Part shown: positions 37,712-48,049 of the stretch, in pieces | How the letters are laid out: every line of letters begins with the position of its first letter | How positions within the stretch are numbered: position 1 is the first letter of the stretch | From: Gracilinanus agilis | Taxonomy: Eukaryota | Direction of reading: 5' to 3' | Assembly: GCF_016433145.1 (NCBI RefSeq) | Contig: NC_058130.1 | Location: 308,194,293 to 308,258,292 of the forward strand | Length of the DNA stretch: 64,000 bases | The notes under the pieces: model-generated | The model's database searches: none | The model's input: the letters and a program-made list of their open reading frames with translations, nothing else | What the model was told of the DNA's origin: nothing | Position numbers and translations under genes: made by a program

Positions 37712-37914
37712 CGTTTCTTACCCTAAACTTGACCATCAGCATCAGTGGTTAGTGGTTAGTTAGTGACTACTAGCTAGGAGATAGTTAGTTTAGGCACCTA
37801 CGGTTAGTTTTTTTACTTAGTTCACCCACAGTGGGCGAACTTTAACATGCCCGATTAGAGAGTAATTTGAGATTAATGAGAAGTTAATGCAGTGCCCCAG
37901 CTTAACTAGTTATG

Positions 37915-38060
37915 AAATCATGGATGGGGCAAGTCACAACTTCTCATAACCTCAGTTTCTTCATCTGAAAAAGGCAGCTTATTCGCCCTACCTACCTACC
38001 TCGCAGGGTTGTGCTGAGAAAAAGACTTAAAATGCTATCTAAATAAAAATGTGTTACTGT
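37915..38060 (+). mobile_element. MIR-type SINE at the CpG island edge
   Basis: gggcaagtcacaacttctcataacctcagtttcttcatctgaaaa...cctacctcgcagggttgtg. Confidence 0.7.
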
Positions 38061-39089
38061 TATGTTATGCCTATACGATAACTGACTTTAGACTTTGTAA
38101 GGCATCCTAGAACTTAGTAGTCAAGGATTTAATGGTAACTAAATCTGTTTTCCCTAAATTGAAAACAATAAGGAAAAGATCAGTTTGTAAGGAGACTGAA
38201 AAAGGAGAAAAACAGATTCCTGTAATCAGACAGATGATAAGAATTCAACCTCGATATCTGTAGTTGTGAAGGGCCAGCTAATTTACTCAAATTACTCGAA
38301 TATGCTCTCTCTTGGAATATTATCTTTAAACTGATTGACTTTTTTTTTTTTAATGTCAACTTAGTCCTGATTCACAACTTTTGCACTATTTGAAATAAGC
38401 AGTTATGGATACATCACCCTCTCCCCTCTTTTTCTTAAACAATGTAGTTTTCAAATATATTTGGATAGTGTAAGGGTTTGCAGCATCCTCCCTCAACGAC
38501 AATTTACTCCTTAAAGACTCCTTGCTACTCTGGATTGCCTCCGCTATTTAGCTATACCTTTTCACTGCTTAATTATTACACACCATGGTGAGTCAAGTAG
38601 TAAACATAACCTTCACTGCCTAAGATATAATTCAAGCTTTGACTATATTATAATATAGTCAATATAATAATAGCTTTAAATACCACCTGGAGAAATGATT
38701 TTTGGTAGAAGAATCAGATTTCATATTTCAAGATTTTGCTGAATACTGAAATCATTCTCTTGGCACAAGTATATTGTAGGATATAAATAATTATCATGCT
38801 AGATAAAGTAAATCAAAACAGTACCATTTTTTCTTTAAAAAGATAAACAGGTACAATTCAGTATTCTAAAATATTTGAATAAAACTGACACAGTTTATAA
38901 AATTTGTTCTGCTAGTCCTCCTTTAATCCAGAAATGTGTACTTTAAGAACAAATTAAAATAAATTCTTTGTGCGACAGGATATAACTAATATTAAAAAAT
39001 AAAGAAAATAACTTAGGTTTGTTTTTTCATGACTCCCTGAGGTTTTCTTATTTTCATTACTATGATGACAGGTACTCTAGGGTTTGGTA

Positions 39090-39103
39090 ACAATAGAGGG
39101 CGC
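39090..39103 (+). promoter_or_regulatory. Candidate CTCF site
   Basis: ACAATAGAGGGCGC matches 12/14 positions of CCASYAGRKGGCRS and retains an isolated CpG. Confidence 0.45.
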
Positions 39104-41255
39104 TCTCTGCAAACTCTACCGTCACTAAATGACACTTCTTAACAGAAAAAATTTCATCTCCTCTAAGGTGCTTCATTGTTCCTCTGTTGTAAAATTTGAC
39201 AAGCCCAAGATTTATGTGTGTAACAATTCACTTTTTATTGCAATATAAGTGTATAGTTGGCTAGAGGGAAATGCTAATTTTTACAATTAAGCTAGGAGGT
39301 GGTTCCCATTTTCAAGTGTCAAGGCATTAGGTGAGCTGAGGGACTGGAACAGTGAATTAAAACTGTTATCAATAAATTCTAGCAGGGTTTAAACCCAGGA
39401 GCTTTGAAGCTAGACATCCAAGGGCCCATAGTCTTTTCTAAGTTTATGTGCTACCTGGATTAAGGAAGTAAAAACTAAAAAAGGTCCCCAGTATTAACTT
39501 GAGGAAAAACAGAATTCAATAACTATTCCATTACTGATATGTAATGATTTTACATTTCAAACTAACAATATGCTAAAATCAATAATTTTACAATTCGGAA
39601 ATCTCTCTAGTTAATTAGTTCTTCCTCATCTCCTTCCTTCCTCTTCCTTTTTTTCTTTTAGTCAAGAAAAGGGAAACAAGGTAGCAGACTATTCAGGGAT
39701 CAAGGAAAATATAAACTTAACTTGTAACTGGGTAGAATTCAAACACATGTAAGAAGCATTAATGGATTTTAAACAAAATGTGGTTTGCTTTTCCTGAAAG
39801 CATTCATGATGGCTTAACTGTTCCCCTGTTAATATAATCTCCATTTTCAGAAATCCAACACAGGTCTCTAGGTCTGTCTGCTTAATACAATACAATACAT
39901 TAGGAAAGAGCAGCTGGGTATCAGACCTGGGGTTTCAATTTTTAAAACACAGTATATATGATATGTTTTCCAAACTTCCCCACCCCCACTTATTATTTAC
40001 CATTTTGAATGTGGGAGGTCAACGGACTAAAATAAAATGTTCTAAAAGAAAACAAAGCTCTCCATATGTTTGTACTTACATCATCTTTAACCCTTATGGT
40101 CCTATATGGTGCCTGGAGGGCCAAAGGGGCATCGAAAGTCCTTGAAAAGCTGGATGTTGGCACTTACTTTTTGAATCTGTGTATTAGATGATAGACAGGA
40201 CAACAGTTAGAACCCTGTCAAGAAGAGGGGGGGGTGGTAAGGATTCATTCATTGTACCTACAAAAATTGGCTGACAGGATCCCAACATCTTTACAACCAC
40301 TCACTGAGCTTGAAAGTAGCAGGTGCAAAAAGCATTGGGAGCGGATTGCCAGAGCCAGAGAGGTAATGTGCTTCCTGACCATTTATCTCAGGAAACCAGT
40401 ACAGTCTTCTCTTCGAAACAAAATTAACCTCTCATTAGCCAGGCACTCACTCCCAAGAAAGCCTTAAAAGCTTTACCATCTCACTAATGTATTTAGGATT
40501 TTCTTCCAGGCAATTATTACCATCAGTTACACTGTGATCCCCAGCCCAGGCCCAGCTTTCATTTGGCCAGGCTAGCTCTGAAACCACCTGCCCCAAAGAT
40601 TAGGATATCAAATATCGTCTTTGGGGTTCCTGCCTGGTATGTTGGGTACAGACCCGGGTTTATCCTCAAGAGTGTTAAATACTGCCAAGTCAGTTAATAC
40701 TATTTGCAAGAATTATATGGAAAAGTATCCTCACACAAAGGAAACATGCACTAAACCACCTATTTTTCTGGGATTCTTATAGGACAAAGTTTTCCATCAA
40801 CTCCACCTACATGCCACACACATATATATTCATCTTACAGGAACCTTTTTTCTTGTAAGTAACTGAAATGGCAGAGACTGATTTTGTAGCCCCAGAAGAA
40901 CTGCTGCTGCTAGTCAAACAGTGGAAACCTGCTGCCCGAACAAGCTGTTTTACAGCTAGTGTTTTGTAAAGGGTTGTGTGTATGCCCTATACCTATATAT
41001 CAGCCTTCCAGTGTCATGCATCAAATTGCTTCAACTCTGCAGATGTTGTAAAGAGGCCATTCTTGTAGGTGGGAAGCAGCTTTTAGCAGAGCCTCCTTTT
41101 CTAAGCGACTTCCTTGAGGGCTGACAGATTTCTACAACGCTGGTGGGATGGAGAGCAGAGCAATACAGTTCAGTTCCCAACGCCCTCCTCCTCTACCTCT
41201 CTAAAATACCTTCATTCCCTGTCTGTCCCTCACCGCCCGCCGCCCCCCACCCCCC

Positions 41256-41342
41256 NNNNNNNNNNNNNNNNNNNNNNNNNNNNNNNNNNNNNNNNNNNNN
41301 NNNNNNNNNNNNNNNNNNNNNNNNNNNNNNNNNNNNNNNNNN
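41256..41342. other. Assembly gap (87 N) within a C-run tract
   Basis: N run. Confidence 1.
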
Positions 41343-41383
41343 CCCCCACCCCACCGCAAACTCTAACAAAATAAACAACTCAC

Positions 41384-41460
41384 CATAGGCATTCCCTTGT
41401 CTTCATGGTGACGTTTGCCAGCTGGGAAAATGAGCCACAAGCCATGCAGCTTCGGTGCAT
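41384..41460 (-). CDS. RGMB: Putative coding part of a distal RGMB first exon (MHRSCMACGSFSQLANVTMKTRECL-W)
   Basis: Three in-frame ATGs (41460, 41445, 41406; the last in gtcaccATG context). Donor ATG|GTGAGT at 41384/41383 is phase 2, matching the acceptor at 36743. Prediction only. Confidence 0.5.
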
Positions 41461-41609
41461 GAAGAAAGGAGCGCGGTCCCAGCGCCCCTTTCCCCTAGGT
41501 AAAGTAAGGAGGTCTGTAACACCTCCAGCCAGGCGGGATTTGTCCTTCTCTGTGTAGGCTAGGCGGTCTCCCAGTGCCTGGCACAGCAGCCAAAGGAGGG
41601 GACGTGCCT

Positions 41610-41690
41610 TTAATGACAGCGTGATCGCTCCGCCATCTATATAAAGAAGGGGAGGGAATTCCCTAATTCCCTTCTCCGTTCTGAGAAACT
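41610..41690 (-). promoter_or_regulatory. Putative distal RGMB core promoter (GAS, kB, TATA, Inr)
   Basis: TTCTGAGAA 41679-41687, GGGAATTCCC 41654-41663, minus-strand TATATAG from 41643, and Inr GTCA(+1)TT with A at 41614 (29 nt downstream). Lies in a weaker CpG-enriched patch at about 41.2-42.2 kb. Confidence 0.55.
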
Positions 41691-43124
41691 ATCTCCCTTC
41701 CTAATTCCCGGCCCCTCCCCCTACCAAAGAAGGGCTGAAGGAGCGCGCTGGTTTGCCCTCTCCGCTCGCATCTCTGAAATCCACATGGCCCCCTACAGGA
41801 GCTTTCTGAAGCTACTGTAACCACTGGAATGTACCTGCACATCTGGCGGAATCAGCTGAGCATGGCAACCCGGGCCCTACGGTTCCCCCCTCTCCTTTTC
41901 TCTGCCCAACCCCCTTTCCCTTTTTCCAGAAGACTTGCACAAAGGGTGTCTTTCACCGCTGGAACATTCAGTGCCTCCCAGTCTGCCGCCTCGCATTTTC
42001 CCACCCGCGGCACTTGTTCACAACATAATACTGTTTCTGCCTTTGCCTGGACTGAGCAGCAACCAACGCGTGTTACAACCTCAAAGTATTTAAGCAATCA
42101 ACAAACGCTCCGCCCTCCCTCAATTCACTCCCTCCCCCAACCCGGTCCCAGAGTCCAGAAGCCAGCTGGGAGATTGAGATCACTATGGCCGGGTCCAGAC
42201 TAGCCCTCTTCCTTCTAGTTGTTTCCTTGCTTAGAGTCACATTCTGTATTTGTTTCTTTCCCCTTAGCCATCCGACAGAGATTTATCACTTTCTATAATT
42301 TTATTGTTTATAAATTTTGAAGTGTGGAAGATTTTGTGCGCGCCTGAATTTGTAAGGAGCAGAACCAGTCAATTTCTAAGATTCCTCCCAATCTCAAAAT
42401 TCTATGAGAGAGAGAGAGAGACAGAGAGACAGAGAGAAAGAAAGGGTCATGGACCCTTCTGGGCAATATCAACTTCTCGGCATAATGTTTGTAAATGCAC
42501 CTAAAGACATACATCAGATTACAAAAGCAATAAATTATATTGAAGTAAAGATATAATTCTTCCTCCTCCAAGTCCATGTATACTCTAAAATAAGTTCACA
42601 GACTATGGTTCTCAGGTTAGAAAATTCCAGAATTAATCGTGTCACCAACTAAACAGTCTACTGGGTTTTTTTTTTTTCTTCCTCTGGTTTAAGGGTTCTG
42701 AGGAGGGGAAAGGTTAGGTTGCAAGGTTAACTAACAGTGAAAAGTTGTAATTCGAAAAACCAACCAACCAACCTAGAATTATTAGGTAAAGGAACTTTCC
42801 ATTAAAGTGACTATGTTTGGGGTAGGAGCTGTTGTCCACATAAAGACAGAAGTTGTAGGTTTCTTTCTTCACTGGGGTACTCTGACAATGTTGAGAAGAT
42901 TTGTAGGGCAAAAATTCAGGTGAAGAATATGGTTTTTCTATCTAATCTGTTTATATTTGTTCTTATGGACACTATCAGTTGTCATCATTCCTATCTAGTT
43001 CATTACCTTCAACTTCAACTCCAGTTTATTTGGACTCTTACTTTTATCCCTATACTATAAGACCACTTTACTCATTTTTCTGGTGCTTTAAGGCTTGTAA
43101 AATGCTTTCCTTATATTCCCTTTC

Positions 43125-43335
43125 TGTGACTTTCTGTCTCTGTCTTTCTACCACTTTCTCTGTTTCTGTCTCTCTTTTTCTGTTTCTAACTCCATTTCCA
43201 CCTTTCCTAATTCTGTCTGTCCTCTCATCTCTCCACCTCCATCTCCCCACCTTTATCTCTCTCTCTGTATCTCTCTCTGTCTTAGTCTTATTCCGTTTCT
43301 GTCTCTTTTACTTTGTCTCTCTCATTCTCTTTTTG
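43125..43335. repeat. CT-rich low-complexity tract
   Basis: Seen directly. Confidence 0.8.
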
Positions 43336-45919
43336 TGTCAATCAACTGGAAAGAGAAAAGTATGCTGAAGATGTTCTCAGAAAGGATAGGGTAATGGCAA
43401 GACAATGGAAAACATACTCTTGTTACAGAGCTTTTCAAAAAGCTCAGCTCCTAGCCCACAGGAACGTGGGATTTTAATTTGCCCACTTGCTTTCCCGCTT
43501 CAAAAATCCACTACAGTAATCAGCAGAGCAGTAGTTTTGATAAAAAATCCTAAAGGCTACTCTCCTATGTTTCTCTTCATCCTACCACCAACACAAAGAA
43601 AAGAAGGTACATAAAATAATGATAAGCAAGAGTTCAAAACCATCCAGAAAGCTAGTCTGAGAGGATGCTTTCTAAAGCAGCTTCAGTTCTTCATAATTCC
43701 CCTGCTTTGTTGAATTTTTGCCAACATCACACAAAAAAATGCATCCAAATATTCAGAATTTTCACACATTTCTATAAATGTTGATCAGTGTTTCTTAAAT
43801 GTATTAATACTCAAATAAGTGTATTAAATAACCACATTTAAATTTTACTTAGTCTTAAAATTTGCTTAATCTTTCTGCCTTAGCAAAGACTTTATGCTAG
43901 TATCCCCATCCTTCCTCTGAGTGATGATGTGTACTTTGTTTTATGCTGGATGTGCTCTGATACCTAGAAAGTAATAGGTAATTCAAAATAAAATATTATT
44001 TTCTTAGGGGGAAAGACCTCTTTTCACTTCCACTTCAAGATATTCAAATTATAAAACATAAAACAATATCAGCTTTAGAAGTTAATTTAGAATTTTCATG
44101 AATGATTTCCAGAATTTCTTGACTTTCATATCAATGTTGACTTACTGATTAATTGAAAGTGTTTTAAAGAAATCATCTTTTTTTTCTTCAGAGTTTCACT
44201 TCAACTTTTGAAAACATTGTGAAGTCTCTAATTTTATTTTGTTTTCCAATTTGCCTAATGTGTCAAACTTCTACATGATAAGACTAATCACCAAAAATCT
44301 CCCCCACATCTCCACAGCCTAGGTTAGTTTTCCAGAATAGGTCACACAAAGCTATCACAGGTACTTGATTAGTCCTTGCCTTCCTTAATTGCAGCTTTCT
44401 TGGATGTTACCTAAGAGCATAAAAATTCCCACCCACGTATTGTCTCAGTTCCTCAAACTCCATAGATGTCTACATAGGACAGGAGTCACCCCATCCAGCC
44501 CTACTGACTTGATGAATTTTCATATAGAAACCAAGAGAACCTAGTCTTTAGGAGCTAAGTATATTGTTAGTACTATTACAGCGAAGTAAACCTATATCAA
44601 ACTGTTCAATGACTCCTGAGTGCCTCAGTTTTCATTCTGTATCAACATTGAACCTAAACAGGATCAGACATTGGTCCTGTCCCAACAACCTTTTTAATGT
44701 TACCCCAATCTATTGCATATATTTTGAAAAAACTGAGATTTCTAAACGTTTAAAGTTACGTTTTAAAGGAAATTCAAACTAGAGCTAATATAATCTATAT
44801 CATATACATATAATTATATATAGCAATTTAAAAAAAATTACAGGCCTACCTAGTAAGATTAGTGGTAAAATGAGTGTAGCTACCCTTAAGATTTCTCCTT
44901 AGGGCATGCTAAACTTCTGTTCCAAGCAAACACATGGAAAATTAGGATGATCTTGCTTTCAGATCTATGTGATAGAACCAATCCTACCTCCAAACTATCC
45001 TCACCCACATCCTATACTTACGTCAGAGTATGAGACATTTTCTGACTGTTTCCTGTCAGTTAATGATTCAGGGCTACTTCTCAAGTGGTGACAAAAAGTC
45101 TTTTAATTGGCTTCTAAGCCTGGATAATAAAAGGGATGAACCCCACCATTTAGGCTTCCTCTTTCTATTGGATTTGAAGTGTTCAAACAATTCACTAAGC
45201 TATGTGAGGGTCTGGTTAAAGTGGGGACACTTCCCTGATCTAGCTTTGAGCTGTGAGCTTATGAGATCAACACCTCCTAAGGTGAGTCTGCACCTGGGCT
45301 GGAGCTACCTTACATTTGTGTCTTCCCTTTGGTTCAGAGCTTTGTGAGCTATTGAAAGGCAGCTGCAGTATTCCCCCTTACAGGAATGTGAACAGTAGGG
45401 TAGCTGCTACCAGAAAAGTTGCAATGATAAGAGAAAATATAGAAAAGTCAGAAGAGTAATCCAAAGAAAGAAAAACCAAGGAAAGAGCCTCCTAAGTGTT
45501 AATCACAAAATGAAAAATGACAATTAACTCTCAAAAAGAAACCCTTGCAAATGTCCTAACAAGATTTCTCCTGGCTTTTATGCTAGTAGTAGAGTAGATA
45601 ATAACAGTAGATAAGTACCTAGGATTCTGTTCTAATCATTCTGTGTTCCCTACCCAGTTCAGTTATATTCATAGGAACTCTTTAACACTTTCCACTCTTG
45701 CTGGAGTGAATTCTTAAACTTGAGTCCCACCGCACCCCCCAAAAAAGTTGCCCCTGGAGTAGGGAAGGATTGGGTTCTGAACAGTGAGAATGGGAAGCCT
45801 AATTTCCCTATTGAGAGGTCAGGCTCTCTCAGGTAAGCCTGACCTATAAGGGATTGGCACAGCTGAGACTCTTATACACACACATACACACATACACACA
45901 GAGTTGTAGAAATACTAGT

Positions 45920-47690
45920 TATAGCAATAAAATGAAGAAATTGAGGAAATAAGAATAGGCAAAAAAGATATAAAATTCTCACTTTTTGTAGATATTTACT
46001 TATAGAACACAATCAACTTAAAATGAATAGAAATAATTTATAACTTCATGAAAGTGTCAGGCTATGAAATAAATTTACAAATATAGTAAACTTTTTATGT
46101 ATACTACTATTAAAACAGGAGGAAGAGAAGTAGGAAGAAAAAAAGAATGCTATTCAAGATTACCATAGAATGTAGGAAATACCTGAGAGTCCACTTAGCA
46201 AGACATGCAGAGAAATTATATGAATATAATTATAAAACACTCTTTACATAAAAGAAGACAAATAATTGGAGAGGAATTAATTGCTCAAGGTTTGCCCATA
46301 CCAGTGTAATAAGATGATAATAGTATTTTTCACAATAAAAATACCAAAGGATTGTTTTATAGAATTAGACAAAATAATACCAAAACTCATCTGGAAGAAC
46401 AAAAGGTCAATAATATCAAAGGAAATAATGAAAAAAAATGGGAAGGAAATGGGTCCACCTGTAGATCTCAAATTATATTCTACAAAGCAGCAATTATTAA
46501 GATTNNNNNNNNNNNNNNNNNNNNNNNNNNNNNNNNNNNNNNNNNNNNNNNNNNNNNNNNNNNNNNNNNNNNNNNNNNNNNNNNNNNNNNNNNNNNNNNN
46601 NNNNNNNNNNNNNNNNNNNNNNNNNNNNNNNNNNNNNNNNNNNNNNNNNNNNNNNNNNNNNNNNNNNNNNNNNNNNNNNNNNNNNNNNNNNNNNNNNNNN
46701 NNNNNNNNNNNNNNNNNNNNNNNNNNNNNNNNNNNNNNNNNNNNNNNNNNNNNNNNNNNNNNNNNNNNNNNNNNNNNNNNNNNNNNNNNNNNNNNNNNNN
46801 NNNNNNNNNNNNNNNNNNNNNNNNNNNNNNNNNNNNNNNNNNNNNNNNNNNNNNNNNNNNNNNNNNNNNNNNNNNNNNNNNNNNNNNNNNNNNNNNNNNN
46901 NNNNNNNNNNNNNNNNNNNNNNNNNNNNNNNNNNNNNNNNNNNNNNNNNNNNNNNNNNNNNNNNGAGGAGGAGGAGGAGGAGAAAAGAAAAGAAAGGTTG
47001 ACCAAAAGAACAGAATAGGTATGCAGTGTCCAGAAGTAATTGAAAACAGTCACATGGTGTGTTCAGTAAACCCAAGGACACCAAGTACTAAAGTTAAGAA
47101 CTCACTATTTGGCAAAAACTACTGAGAAAACTGGAAAGTAGCCTGGGAGAAATTAGGCTTATATCAACATCTCACACCATCTACTGTAATAAGTTCTAAA
47201 TTGATACACAGCCTAGATATAAAAAGTCATATCATAAATAAATTAGAGAGGATAGAAGGAAATACTTTTCACATCTATGGATAGGGGGAAAGTTCTTGAC
47301 CAATCAAGGTACAGAGAGGATCACTTTAGGTATATTGGACAATTGTGATATAAAATAGAAAAGATTTTGCTCGAATCGAAATGAGAGAATCTTTACAACA
47401 TTTTTGGGGGGACAAAAGGCTATCTGATATCCCGGATATAAAGAGAATTGATACAATTGTATAAGAACAAGAAAAATTTCTGATAAATGACCAAAGGATA
47501 TAAATAGACAGTTCACAGAAGATAAATGAATGTGTCATTCAACCCCACTCTTCTACCTCTCACTGATCAGATTGGCAAAGGTGACAAAAAAAGAAAAATG
47601 ACAGTTAGAGAAAGAGCCTATGGGAAGATAAACACACTAATAAACACACATAGTTAGTCAAACCATTCTGAAAGGCAGTTTGGAACCTGA
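45920..47690 (+). mobile_element. Old L1 ORF2 relic containing an assembly gap
   Basis: KIPKDCFIELDKIIPKLIWKNKRS...DLKLYS is L1 ORF2. Further ORF2 pieces follow 47085. Confidence 0.85.
46505..46963. other. Assembly gap (459 N) within an L1 relic
   Basis: N run. Confidence 1.
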
Positions 47691-48049
47691 ACCAGTGCTG
47701 AGATGAAGGCAAAAGGTGGGGATAACCTGTGCTCCTTGCTGTAAGCCGGTAAATCAGGGTTATTTCCTAAAACGGGCCACACAAGTTTTATCTGATTACA
47801 AGGTGGGGGAGATCCTTAGTGTCCTACCTATTTCTACAGCCTTATGAGCCACAAATGGGGCACCAAGAAATAAGAAATTTTAGATTTGCTGCTTGCCTCC
47901 TACCCCATTGGAGCCATCTTCAGCACCTGACTTTTCCTATCAACAAGACCTTTCATACTGTTATCATTCTAGTTCTACTGAGAGAACATTTCCATTGACC
48001 AGGAGACTGTACCTCAAAGGAGAACCTTCAACAATCTAATTTTATATTT

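Larger units (their letters stand above)
35880..37720. promoter_or_regulatory. CpG island / proximal RGMB promoter and first exon
   Basis: Abrupt GC-rich, CpG-dense segment in an otherwise CpG-poor window, spanning the start codon. Confidence 0.92.

Noticed and set aside
41638-41645. Plus-strand TATATAAA driving a transcript away from RGMB
   Set aside because: Not excluded, but there is no Inr at about 41668, whereas the minus orientation has a well-spaced Inr and a downstream donor.
46277-47125. 195-258 aa ORFs
   Set aside because: Mostly X from the 459-N gap, and the flanks are L1 ORF2 debris.
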